A DNA stretch of 64,000 nucleotides. Source: Azolla caroliniana. Taxonomy: Eukaryota > Plantae > Polypodiophyta. The stretch is taken from positions 6,820,001 through 6,884,000 of the forward strand of contig JBHGNT010000012.1 of assembly GCA_043228905.1 (NCBI GenBank), written 5' to 3'. The position numbers and the translations under genes are program-made. Below the pieces are notes generated by a model. That model made no database searches, was not told the origin of the DNA, and saw only the letters and a list, made by a program, of their open reading frames with translations. This document shows, one piece after another, positions 25,536-38,300 of this stretch. How positions within the stretch are numbered: position 1 is the first letter of the stretch; each line of letters begins with the position of its first letter.

Positions 25536-26860
25536 CACACGTCTCCTATGCCGACAATTCGGCATGTACCTTCATTCCCCATCGGGACACAGCCGTGGTC
25601 ACCGGCTGAGTAGGTGGAGAAGCATTTCCGGTCTGGGGTAAGGTGGAACGACGCTCCGGAGTCTACCACCCAGGTCATCTTGTCGCCGGCAAGGTTTATC
25701 TCACTCTCCTCGGTGATGAGCATCAACTCTTCTTCACTTGCCGCGATTGTTGTCGTTCCTTTCCGGTTCGTCCCCTTCTGGTCTTTACCGTTCCGGTCCG
25801 AGGTTTGCTTCGAATCGGTACCGTCTGTTTCTTTGTCTTTACGGAAATGCCGACAGTTCTTTTGGAAGTTTCCTGGCTTGCCGCAATAGAAGCAAGCAGG
25901 CCTTCCCCTTGACTTTGACCGTGTTCCCGACTTCTCCCGGTTCTGGGGACTACGGTTTCTATGTCTTCCGCGTTCCGATTCAGTAAGGCGCGCTTTGGAG
26001 TCGGAGCTCGTATCTTTGTCTTTCCAACGCGCCTCCTCATCTAGCAAGCTCGACTTTACTCTTGCTAGGGATAACCATTTTCCTTCCGGCCCGGCATTGC
26101 CCAAAGTGACAACCAACGTCTCCCAGCTATCTGGGAGGGAACCGAGTAGGAGTAGCGCTAGTACCTCATCGGCAAGAGGCACTTCCAATGAAGTTGCCTG
26201 GTGGATCAGCCCCTGGAAGGCATTCATGTGCTCCGCCATGCTGGAGCCATCTTGGTACCGGAGTCTTACTAGCTTTCCGGAATACCGAAACCTGATTAAC
26301 AACATTTTTGTTTTGAAACATTATGCCGATCTTCTCCCCGAGCTCATGAGCCTTGCTCTCCTCATTGAAGTTGTTGTACAGGCTCCCGTATGTACGCCGT
26401 TGTTGATGAAGCACCGTATGTACGCCGTTGTCTTCATGTTCATCACCTCCCATATCGCGGCGTCGATCTTGTCCAGTCTCTTGTCCCCGAACTGAACCGG
26501 CAGCCAGAGGTCTTTAACTACGAGCATGTCCCTCATCTTCGACTTCCACACTGAATAGTTGGAGCCGGTGAGCTTGAACATTCCGCCAAACGATTCGTCC
26601 ATTTTCTGTGTCGATTTCGCTCTGATACCACATGACGGGAACCCAACGTTCACTATGCGCTACGCTCGGCCACAACCGAGTTTAGAATGATACACAGGAA
26701 ATGGGAAATAAAATGCGACACAAAGAAGGAGAGAATACACAGGAGGTTTACGTGGAAAACCCCAAACTAGGGGAGAAATTACGGCAGCCCACAGGCTGCA
26801 AACTGTCACTATGTAGGAATATACAACAGTGAGTTCACTGAGGCACAACTTCGTGCTCAC
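25536..26860 (-). mobile_element. gag-pol: Copia family B fragment: LTR 3' part (26633-26860), PBS (26619-26630), gag-protease
   Basis: MDESFGGMFKLTGSNY start, CFYCGKPGN knuckle, WVVDSGASFH; reverse PBS GCTCTGATACCA. Confidence 0.92.
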
Positions 26861-29736
26861 AGTTTTTGGCTGAGGCACTGTCGACGGCGACATATGTGAT
26901 AAACAGATCACCCTCAGTACCCTTGGACAAAGACACGCCGCAGAGAGTATGGACCAATAAGGAAGTGTGCTACCGGCATCTGAAGGTGTTCGGGTGTCTC
27001 GCGTATGTGCATGTAGCTAATGACCGGAAAGGAAAGTTAGATCTAAAGACCCGGCCATGCATATTCCTCGATAACCGCGACGATGAGTTCGGCTATCGAG
27101 TGTGGGACCCGGTCGACAAGAAGGTATTCCGGAGTCGAGATATTATCTTCATGGAGAACAAGACGCTCGCCGACTGGGAGTCGGAGAAGAAGATAATGAA
27201 CTCCGAGTCGACCGGTAAGGATAGATTCTACGATGAGCAGACCCAACCGGCAAGAGACCGGTTAACACTCAAGGAACGAGTCGTTTACGGTGAGGATATC
27301 GAACCGGCAAAAGAAGAAGTAGAGGAAGCTGAAACCGGAACCGGCCAAGACCCCGAATCGGATTCGGATGAAGAGCAAATGGAGGAGCCGATTACCGAAG
27401 CCCAAAGACGGAGATATCCTCTCAGAGAGAGAAGGGCACCCCAGAGATTTCCAGATGCAGAGCATGTTCTGCTGACCGATGAGGGGGAGCCAGAAAGCTT
27501 CGAAGAAGCTAAAAGTGACGCCCATAGCCGCAAATGGTTAAGTGCTATGCAGGATGAGATGGATTCCCTGCATGAGAACCATACGTACAAATTGGTGGAG
27601 TTGCCGAAAGGAAAGCGGGCACTCCGAAACAAGTGGGTGTACAAGTTGAAACCAGGAGATGTCGACAACCCCCCGAGATAGAAATCCAGGATCGTGGTGA
27701 AGGGGTTCCAGCAGAAGAAGGGCGTGGACTTCAACGAGATATTTGCCCCGGTAGTAAAGAGAACCTCCATCCGGATGGTGCTGAGTATAGCGGCAAGCAT
27801 GGACCTCCAGGTAGAGCAGCTGGACGTGAAGATGACATTCCTTCACGGTGACCTCGAAGAGGAGATCTACATGTAGCAACCGGAAGGATTCGTGTAGAAA
27901 GGGAAGGAGCACCTGGTATGCCGGTTGAAGAAGAGCCTGTACGGATTGAAGCAAGCTCCCCGGCAATGGTACCGGAAGTTCGACTCCTTCATGACAGATC
28001 AAGGGTACCACAAGACGCAGGCCGATCACTGCGTGTTTGTGAAGAAGTTCGAAGGAGGCGACTTCCTGATACCCCTTCTGTACGAGGATGACATGCTGAT
28101 CGTTGGACGGGACCAAGCCAGAATACGGATGCTGAAGAAGGTTGTCAACCAAACTTTCGCAATGAAAGACTTGGGTCCGGCAAGACAGACGCTGGGAATG
28201 CATATCATCCGGAACCGGCCAACGAAGCAATTGTGGCTGTCACAGGAGAAGTACGTGACAAAGGTGCTTCAACGGTTCAACATGTTAAAAGCGAAACCGG
28301 TCGGATCGACGCTCCTGGCAAACTGCAAATTATCCGGTAAGCAAAGCCCGAAGACGAAAGTAGAGAAGGCTGATATGATGAAGGTTCCATATGCCTCTGC
28401 CGTCGGGAGCTTAATGTACGCAATGGTGTGTACCTGACCGGACATAGGATATGCAGTCGGAGTGGTGAGCCGATTTATGAGCAATCCCGGCAAGGAGCAC
28501 TGGAACGCGGTCAAATGGATACTCTGGTACTTGAAGGGCACTTCAAATATGTGTCTCCGATTCGGCTCCGGGAAACCTCAACTAGACGGTTTTACCGATT
28601 CGGACATGTCGACTGATGTGGATACCAACCGGTCTACGTCCGGGTATGTAATGACATATGCAGGGGGAGCTTTTTCGTGGCAGTCGAGGCTGCAGAAGAC
28701 GGTTGCATTGTCAACCACGGAAGCGGAGTACATGGTGGCTGTGGAAGCCGACAAGGAAATACTATGGATGAAGGGCTGCATTGGAGAGCTTAGTATCCAA
28801 CAAGGTGAATACCGGTTCTATTGCGACAATCAAAGTGCCATCCACCTTGCTAAGAATGTGGCCTACCATTCCCAGACGAAGCATATCCAGCGAAGGTATC
28901 ACTCGATCCGGGAAAGAGTAGATGACCAAGAGTTCGCGTTGATGAAGATCCACACGGCCGAGAACGGGTCAGATACCCGTCAAGCTGGATGCATGTCGGA
29001 AGCGGATCGGACTAGTAAGACATCCCATGCCGGAGTGAAGGGGGAGTTTGTTAGGAAACAAGTCCCTCCGGATGGGGAAGACCTAGTGAGAACCGGATGA
29101 CGAGTACCCGGCTACGGAAGATCCGGTGATACCGTATGACGAGTACCCTGCAAGAGCCGGATGGTGAAGACCCGGTGAGAACCGGATGTGGAGTACCCGA
29201 CAATGGAAGACCCGGTGAGAACTGGATGACGAGTACCCGGAAAGCGCCGGATGATGCAGGCTCGGTGAGGAGTGCTCATCGTGACGAGAACTTGTCGTTC
29301 CTTATGCGCTAGACTCGGCCACAACCGAGATTCTTTTCATACACAGAAAGCGGGAAATAGAACACGACGCAAAGAAGAGAATTGGTACACAGGAGGTTAA
29401 CGTGGAAAACCCCAAACTAGGGGAAAAACCACGGCAGCCCACAGGCTGCAAACTGTCACTATGTATGAATGTACAAAACAGTGAGTTCACGGAGGCAACG
29501 ACCTCGTGCTCATGATCGTCGCCACAGGCGGCGGTTACAACAGAGGCAATGACCTCTTTCTCTCTCTCTCTCTCTATGCAACGTTACGTGCTCTGATTTC
29601 GTGTAGAACAGAAAAAATGACAACCACTGGTTAAAAGTTTGCCCTAAGTCATATTTATACTAATATGACTTTTCGGCTATTTACAAATGTAGCCACAATG
29701 GGCTCTCAGAAACATATTTACAAATATGTCTCTTCC

Positions 29737-29955
29737 TCCGGTTCATACCGGGTCTGCACCATCCGGCTCTCCGTAACCGGGTATTCCTCATCCGGTTCAT
29801 ACCGGGCCTGCACCATCTGGCTCTCCGTAGCCGGGTACTCCTCATCCGGTTCATACCGGGCCTGCACCATCCGGCTCTCCGTAGCCGGGTACTCGTCATC
29901 CAGTTCATACCGGGCCTGCACCATCCGGCTCTCCGTAGCCGGGTACTCCTCATAC
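29737..29955. repeat. 54-bp CCGG-rich tandem repeat in LTR U3 (4 copies; also ~33987-34205)
   Basis: CCGGTTCATACCGGGCCTGCACCATCCGGCTCTCCGTAGCCGGGTACTCCTCAT unit. Confidence 0.92.
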
Positions 29956-30041
29956 CGTTTCGGCCTCGGCCGAGTTTGTTCGTCGGCACTGTTCTTCTCC
30001 CTTCCCATTCGGAGGAACCTGTCTCCCAACAAACTCCCCCT

Positions 30042-33000
30042 TCACTCCGGCATGGGGTGTCTTACCAGTCCAATTCTCTTCCGGCATGCATCCAGCTTGT
30101 CGGGTGTCAGCACTTTGGTCAGCATATCTGACCCGTTCCCGGCCGTGTGGATTTTCGTCAGTGCGAACTCCTGGTCATCTACTCTTTCCCGGATCCAGTG
30201 ATACCTCCGCTGGATGTGCTTCATCCGGGAATGGTAGGCCGCATTTTTAGCAAGGTGGATGGCACTTTGACTGTCGCAATAGAGTCGGTATTCCTCTTGT
30301 CGTATACCGAGCTCTTCAATGAAGTCCTTCATCCATTACTCCGCCTCTGTGGTTGACAATGCAACCGTCTTCTGCAACCTCGACTGCCACGAAACAGCTC
30401 CCCCTGCATATGTCATCACATACCCGGATGTAGACCGGCTGGTATCCACATCAGCCGACATGTCCGAATCGGTGAAACCGTCCAGTTGAGTTTTTCTGGA
30501 GCCGAATCGGAGACACATATTTGAAGTGCCCTTCAAATATCGGAGTATCCACTTGACCGCGTTCCAGTGCTCCTTGCCGGGATTGCTCATAAACCGGCTC
30601 ACCACTTCGACTGCGTATCCAATATCCGGTCGGGTACACACCATTGCGTACATCAAGCTCCCGAAGGCAGAGGCATATGGAATCTTCATCCTATCCGCCT
30701 TCTCTACTTTCGTCTTCGGGCTTTGCTTACCGGATAGCCTGCAGTTTGCCGGAAGTGTCGATCCGACCGGTTTGCTGGAACCCCTTCACCATGATCCTAG
30801 ATTTGTATCTCGGGGGGTTGCCGGCATCTCCCGGTTTCAACTTGTACACCCACTTGTTTCGGAGTGCCCGCTTTCCTTTCGGCAGCTCCACCAATTCGTA
30901 CGTATGGTTCTCATGCAGGGAATCCATCTCGTCCTGCATGGCACTTAACCATTTTCGGCTGTGGGTGTCTTCCTTCACTTCTTCGAAGCTTTCCGGCTCC
31001 CCCTCATCGGTCAGCAGAACATGCTCTGCATCTGGAAATCTCCGGGGGGCCCTTCTCTCTCTGAGAGGATATCTCCGTCTTTGGGCTTCGGTAACCGACT
31101 CCTCCATTTGCTCTTCATCCGAATCCGATTCGGAGTCTTGGTCGGTTCCGGTCTCAGCTTCCTCTACCTCTTCATCTGCCGGTTCGGTATCCTCACCATA
31201 ACCGGCTGGTTCCTCGAGTGCTAACCGGTCTCTTGCCGGTTGGGTCTGCTCATCATAGAGTCTATCCTTACCGGTCGACTCGGAGTTCATTATCTTCTTC
31301 TCCGACTCCCAGTCGGCGAGCGTCTTGTCCTCCATGAAGATAATATCTTGACTCCGGAATACCTTCTTGTAGACCGGGTCCCACACTCGGTAGCCGAACT
31401 CATCGTCACCGTAACCGAGGAATATGCATGGCCGGGTCTTTGGATCTAGCTTTCCTCTCCGGTGCTTAGCTACATGCACGTACGCGAGACACCCGAACAC
31501 CTTCATATGCCGGTAGGATACTTCCTTACCGGTCCACACTCTCTGTGGTGTGTCTCCGTCCAAGGGTATTGAGGATACTTCATCGGCACTGTTCTTCTCC
31601 CTTCCCATCCGGAGGGACCTGTCTCCCAACAAAGACTTCTTGGGTAGTTTTGCATGCGCTAGCATACTCCGGACCCTCTCCATTATGTTCCGGTTCATCC
31701 TCTCGGCCAGTCCGTTTAGTTTCGGCGTCTTCGGCACAGTAAATTTGAGCCGGATTCCCTTCGAGCGGCAGTACTCCTCGAACTGCCCCCGGTATTCTGC
31801 TCCGTTGTCTGCTCGAACCACCTTCAGCTTCCGGCCGGTTTCTCTTTCCACTCTTGCGTGGAGCTCTTTGAAGACGGATAACACCTGATCCTTTGTCTTC
31901 AACGGTGTGGCCCACAGCTTCCGGCTGTGGTCATCTATGAACGTCACGAAGTACTGCGCTCTGGCATGTGACTTCGTGTCTACTTGACACACATCCGTAT
32001 GCACCAACTCCAGTGGTGCATTACGTCTCATCGGTGGCCTTGATCGAAAGGAGGTAAAGTTCTGCTTACCGGCCAGACAATCAGTGCACTTCTCCAAGTG
32101 CACGTTCTTCACTGGAATGAGGTTGACGTCTGCAAGCCCCTTCATCCCCTTCTCGCTCATATGACACAACCTCTTGTGCCACAGCTCACCGGCAGTGTCG
32201 GATGCCACGTTCACTTCTTCCGGACATAATCAGGCATTCATCAGGTACAGTGTGTTTACCTTTCGGGCCCGAGCCACAATCAAGCTCCCTTTGCTGAACT
32301 TCATGACACCGTTCCGGATGCTACCCGTGTAGCCTTCATCATCTAGCCGACCGGCTGATATCAGGTTCAGACGAACCCCCAGAACGTGTCGGACATCCTT
32401 CAGCAGCAACTTGCATCCGGTTGGTGTTGACAGCCACACGTCTCCTATGCCGATAATTCGGCATGTACCTTCATTCCCCATCCGGACACAGCCGTGGTCA
32501 TCGGCTGAGTAGGATGAGAAGCATTTCCGGTCCGGGGTAAGGTGGAACGACGCTCCGGAGTCTACCACCCAGGTCATCTCGTCGCCGGCAAGGTTTATCT
32601 CACTCTCCTCGGTGATGAGCATCAACTCCTCTTCACTTGCCGCGATTGCCGTTGTTCCCTTCCGGTCCGGCCCCCTCCGGTCTTTACTGTTCCGGTCCTT
32701 ACCGTTCCGGTCCGAGGTTTGCTTCGAATCTATACCGTCGGTTTCCTTGTCTTTACGGAAATGCCGATAGTTCTTTTGGAAGTGTCCCAGCTTGCCGCAA
32801 TAGAAGCAAGTGGGCCTCCCCCTTGACTTTGACTGTGTCCCCGACTTCTCCCGGTTCTGGGGACTACGGTTTCTATGTCTTCCGCGTTCCGATTCGGTAA
32901 GGAGCGCTTTGGAGTCGGAGCTCGTATCTTTATCCTTCCGACGCGCCTCCTCATCTAGCAAGCTCGACTTTACTCTTGCTAGGGATAACCGTTTTCCTTC

Positions 33001-33501
33001 CGGCCCGGCGTTGCCCAAAGTGACAACCAACGTCTCCCAGCTATCCGGGAGGGAACCGAGCAGGAGTAGCGCTAGTACCTCGTCGGCAGGAGGTACTTCC
33101 AATGATGTTGCCTGGTGTATCAGCCCCTGGAAGGCATTCATGTGCTCCGCCATGCTGGAGCCATCTTGGTACCGGAGTCTTACTAGCTTCCGGAATACCG
33201 AAACCTGATTTACAGCATTTTTGTTTTGGAACATTATGCCGATCTTCTCCCAGAGCTCATGAGCCTTGCTCTCTTCATTGAAGTTGTTTTATAGGCTCAT
33301 GTCGATGAAGCACCGTATGTACGCCGTTGTCTTCATGTGCATCACCTCCCATATCGCGGCGTCGATTTGGTCCGGTCTCTTGTCCCCGAACTGAACCGGC
33401 AGCCAGAGGTCTTTAACCACGAGCATGTCCCTCATCTTCGACTTCCACACTGAATAGTTGGAGCCGGTGAGCTTTAACATACCGCCAAACGATTCGTCCA
33501 T
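30042..33501 (-). pseudogene. gag-pol: Copia B gag-pol with most of RT deleted
   Basis: ORFs 33289-33501, 32230-33234, 30727-32214, 30336-30689 and 30042-30332. KGFQQ is joined to the late-RT segment at ~30770. Confidence 0.92.
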
Positions 33502-34945
33502 TTTCTGTGTCGATTTCGCTCTGATACCAATTGACGAGAACTTGTCGTTCCTTATGCGCTAGACTCGGCCACAACCGAGATTCTTTTCATACACAGAAAG
33601 CGGGAAATAGAACACGACACAAAGAAGAGAATTGGTACACAGGAGGTTAACGTGGAAAACCCCAAACTAGGGGAAAAACCACGGCAGCCCACAGGCTGCA
33701 AATTGTCACTATGTATGAATGTACAAAACAGTGAGTTCACGGAGGCAACGACCTCGTGCTCACGATCGTCACCACAGGCGGCGGTTACAACAGAGGCAGT
33801 GACCTCTTTCTCTCTCTCTCTCTCTATGCAACGTTACGTGCTATGATTTCGTGCAGAACAGAAACAATGACAACCACTGGTTAAAAGTTTGCCCTAAGTC
33901 ATATTTATACTAATATGACTTTTCGGCTATTTACAAATGTAGCCACAATGGGCTCTCGGAAACATATTTACGAATATGTCTCTTCCTCCGGTTCATACCG
34001 GGTCTGCACCATCCGGCTCTCCGTAACCGGGTATTCCTCATCCGGTTCATACCGGGCCTGCACCATTTGGCTCTCCGTAGCCGGGTACTCCTCATCCGGT
34101 TCATACCGGGCCTACACCATCCGGCTCTCCGTAGCCGGGTACTACTCATCCGGTTCACACCGGGCCTGTATCATCCGGCTCTCCGTAGCCGGGTACTCCT
34201 CATACCGTTTCTCCCTGTTCTTCTCCCTTCCCATCCGGAGGGACCTGTCTCCCAACACATCGGATGAAGGGACATATTCGTAAATATGTTTATGAGAGTC
34301 CATCGGGGCTATATTTGTAAATAGCCGAAAAGTCATATTAGTATAAATATGACTTAGGGCAAACTTAATGGATGAGTTGTTGTCATTCTTGTTTGTGCAA
34401 GACTAGAGAGCGCGTAACTGTGTACAGAGAGAGAGAGAGAGAGGAAGAGGTCGTTGCCTCTGTTGTAACTGCCGCCTGTGGCGAAGATCGTGAGCACGAG
34501 GTCGTTGCCTCCGTGAGCTCACTGTTGTAATCATTGTGATATAGTGATAGTCAGCAGTCAGTGGAGTGCCGTGGCTTTTCCTGTTTTTGGGTTTTCCACG
34601 TAAACATCCTGTGTACTCTTCTCTCCATCGTATCGTGCGTTCATTATCCGTTTTCTATGTTTGATTCTAAGCTCGGTTGTGGCCGAGCGTTGTTCATAGG
34701 AGCGTGTAGTTCCTGTCATGTGTTCCTCTATCTGCCGACTCTGGCCAACTGGTCCTCATCATTGCTTTCCGTCATTTGTGTTAATGCACGCTCGATCATT
34801 TGGCACTCCACGTGCTCCTTGGCCATTCGTTGTGAGACTTTTATTTGTTGCGTTGCCAAGAATTCCATGAGTTCCAAAGAGGTTCCGAACTCTAATAGTG
34901 CGCCGAACTCATGGGCCGAACATGCCATGAGTTTTGTGGTTGTTT

Positions 34946-35030
34946 GGATGCTTCAAGCATTACAAGTTAAGCGTGCTTGAGCCAGAACAGTACTGGGATG
35001 GGTGACCTCCCGGGAAGTCCTGGTTACATC
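34946..35030 (+). ncRNA. 5S rRNA-derived fragment with intact Pol III internal control region (A box, IE, C box); not a full 5S gene
   Basis: AGTTAAGCGTGCTTGAGCCAGAACAGTACTGGGATGGGTGACCTCCCGGGAAGTCCTGG (from 34965) matches the 3' half of plant 5S rRNA; preceded by GGATGC and followed by TTACATC. Confidence 0.88.
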
Positions 35031-35279
35031 TACGATAATAATGGGTTCGGGGGGGCCCATTGCTATCAAGAGTGGACATGCTCCGTATTCGAGCGGTATA
35101 TCGACCCGCACTCCTTGCAAAGCCGTAAGGCAAACCCTAAATTGTGAATTTGTGTTTCTGTGCGCGTGTCGAGTGCATCGGTAGTTTCCTTCCCCTCTTC
35201 TCATTCGGATATTTCTCAGTCCAAGGCCCCCATGGTCCCGCCTCGTTCTCCACGCACGCGCGTAACAATGCGACATATT

Positions 35280-35298
35280 TGGTGAACCCGACGTGAAT
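35280..35298 (+). promoter_or_regulatory. Primer-binding site complementary to the tRNA-Trp 3' end
   Basis: Reverse complement ATTCACGTCGGGTTCACCA equals the plant cytosolic tRNA-Trp 3' end as recalled; starts 4 nt after the LTR. Confidence 0.8.
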
Positions 35299-35319
35299 AG
35301 GCGATAGAGGAATAGAAAG

Positions 35320-38300
35320 ATGAGAGGGTCAGATATTGCAGAAGCCTTGGCTTCGGGTGTGGATCAGATAGTGAGTGCGCGCGAAGGCATAGACGCCCTC
35401 GATAGGGCTATTGAAGCAATCGTCGGCACGATAGGCCGGTTTGGTGGCAAGGACTCCACGAGCTATTTGGAGGCTTACCGAGCCGAAATGGTGATGAGGG
35501 ATATCCCGGAGGACAGGCGACTGGCCGGATTCCCTCGGGTGGCGATGCTGGGCATCCACGCGGAGGTGCTTGAGGTACGTGCTGAGAGTCGGACCTAGGA
35601 AGAGTTTGAAGGTCAGCTCCTTGAAAAATACGAGCTTGATGACGTGCTTCGGCTATCGAAATGGGACTTCATGGAATGGGTGGAGACCCCCGAAAAGGGG
35701 ACAAACGCGTTGGTGCTCCTTCGGGAGTTTGAAGAACGCTTCTCACATCTTTCGGCGCTGGACCAAACTGTACTAGACACAAGTCGTGTCCTATTGTTCG
35801 TTAGATCGGTGGACGTAAGGGACCGGGAGCAACTGGGCTTCCTGCTGGAGACCGATCACGGCCTAACAACCGACTGGGCCGTGGTAAAGAGAGTCTGCGG
35901 CCGTTTTGACAAACGGTGTGAGTGGGTCGATAAAGGCTTGATGGGGGCCGGTTCTGTTGCGACAAGGAAGGTCGAGGTACTCCCACCGGCCCGAAGGGAA
36001 GAGACCCGAGACTGGTTCGAGACCGGCTCAACTTTGACCAACATGGTCAAAGGCTTGTCCGGAGCAGCGGCTCTGGAGGAGCTGACTCAGATGGTGAGGG
36101 ACCTCTAGATTGCAGAAGCATGGAGGGACGGCGGCGAACAAGTCCGTGACCGAAGGCCTCCAGTTGCGAACCGGTGCTTGTGGTGCGACGCGGTCGACCA
36201 CACCCGAAAGGACTGCGGGGACTTCGCTGAAGCGATAAATAAGAGCTAACGAGGTGTACCTACAGAACACTCGGGTGCACGCTAGCGAGACCCGAAGGGC
36301 CCCGGATCTGAATGTCGGACGAGGAGGTATGAAACGGCTGATGGAAGAAGCGGCGGCTCGCCATGCGGAGACCGTCCACTACTCGGCATCGGCTGGAATC
36401 TGGGTCAGATGCGATGAAGTCCAGAAGACGAAGGAAGCCAGATTCTAGCCATTGATGCTGGAAGGACTCGCAGGCGTACGACTGAGGAAAGAGGAAGCGG
36501 ACCACGCGAAAAGACGGGTCCGGGAGACAATCGGGTGGAGTGACCCGGTCGAAGAGAAGACGGGCTTCGTTGAAGCCGCTTGCCAAAACTACGAGGTTCT
36601 GGTGGAGGACAAACGTGTGGGTAAGACCCGTGGGGCCGGACCCTCACAACAGTATAAGACCCGGTTTGGGCAAAAGCAGAATGATGCCGGTGCGACCGGC
36701 GCACCGGATAAAGCCAAGGGGGTCGGGTACCGATTGAGCACGGAGAACGAGAGGACCACGGACTTGCGAAAGGTCCTCGAGGAACGTATCCTCGATAGCA
36801 AAGTGGAGTTGTCACTGAGGAAAGTGCTCGGAATCACCAAGAAGGAGTTCCACGACTCCATCGTGGAGTTGGTGAAGCGGAAAAGGCTTTCAATAGAGCT
36901 GGAGCCGGAGAAGCCGGTGGAGGTGCGAACGACGCACCTAGAAGACATGGCTCTAGAAGACGAGTTGGCGGAGAGCCACTATTCAAGGCCACATTGGGCT
37001 AGAGCAACCACAGAGACCCCCGTTAAGATAGGAGATGTTCAGGAGCCGGTGGTGGTGTTGGTGGACCACGGTTAAGAAATCAACTTGATGTCCACAGACT
37101 TCTACAAGAAGGGGAAGTGGCCGATCAACACCAAGCACGAGTCAAGAGCCAAGATGGGCTTCACTCGGTCCAGTTCCTGATGGTGCGACCGAACCATGAG
37201 ACCCTCTGTGGCGAAAACCGAGGGGATTTTTAGAGAGGGCTATCAAGGCGTGGGGCCGCGATAGTCCGGACACCCCGGAAAAACCCCACAGATGTACTAT
37301 AGGCAAAAAGACCTGTACCATAGGTAGGAAATTTTTGTTCTCCGATAGCGGAGGTTATACGATAGGTGGCGTAGTTGACCGAGAAAAGAAGCGGGCGGAG
37401 GAGCAACTTCGGGCATCCGGAGTCCTCAGACCTGAAGGGGAAATCAACGGAGCCGTGGAGGCGGTCTCTTTCAATGACACCTTAGGGAAGTTACGGGAGG
37501 TGTTTGGAGAAGGCCTAAATGAGGACCAGACGATTCCGGTAAGTTCAGAAAAGATGTACGAAGTCATCGCCGACTTCGGTAATGGACTCGAGTCAGATCG
37601 GACGGCCCGAGTGGATACGAAGTACAAGATTGTGGACCGGAAGTTGAGGCCAGTTGCGGCACCCTTGATGGAGGGTAGGGAGTTACGAATAAAGGGGGTC
37701 GCATCAAACCCAAGTTTACGAGATCCGGCCAGCGTAGGACACATGTTCACCAACATAACGCTACGGGAGCTCAAGGTCGGTGGGGGTGGCTTTCTACTAC
37801 CGGCGGAAGAGGACTGGTTTCGGAGAATGCTCAGGAGGCACGGGAAGGCTTTCACATTCTCACCGGAGGAGATCGGGTGTGTAGACCCGACGGTTGTGGA
37901 ACCAATGGTAATCTTCACGGTACCGCATGTACCGTGGAATCTCAAACCGATTCCAGTACCCAGAGCTCACATCCCGAAGTTGATGGAGCCACTGAAATAG
38001 AAGGTGGATATGGGCATCCTCGAACCGTTGAGTGCCCCATATTCTATCAGTGGTTTACCGTGCCAAAGAAGAACAGCACATTGCGCTTTATTCAAGACCT
38101 TCAGTCGGTCAACAAGGTGACCATTCGGAATGTAGGAATCAGACCGACCATAGACGAGTTCGCAGAGGCCTTCGCCGGAAGGTCGATTTACTCAGTCGGT
38201 GATCTGTACTCGGGGTACGATCAGTTCTAACTAGCCGTGGAGAGCAAGGACATTACGACTATGCAGATTCCTCTCGGCCTAGTGCGGATGTGTACCCTCC

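Larger units (their letters stand above)
29282..34257 (-). mobile_element. Copia family B element with two LTRs and internal RT deletion, inserted antisense in a sibling's LTR
   Basis: LTRs 33532-34257 and 29282-30031, PBS 33518-33529, PPT 30032-30044, perfect TSD CATCG (29277-29281, 34258-34262). Confidence 0.95.
26861..34718 (+). mobile_element. pol: Copia family B, 5'-truncated (IN C-terminus-RT-RH, PPT, 3' LTR 29049-29281 plus 34263-34718)
   Basis: Near-duplicate of 23321-25520; PPT GAAGGGGGAGTT; LTR TGTTAGG...CCTGTCA split by an antisense copy. Confidence 0.9.

Noticed and set aside
29665-30032. Repetitive 18-aa-unit protein (EEYPATESRMVQARYEPD) in the LTR
   Set aside because: Open frames on both strands follow from a 54-bp repeat; the sibling LTR at 29049 has different repeats.
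34946-35030. Functional 5S rRNA gene
   Set aside because: Only ~85 nt, 5' domain missing, no oligo-T terminator, no tandem array; kept as a derived fragment.
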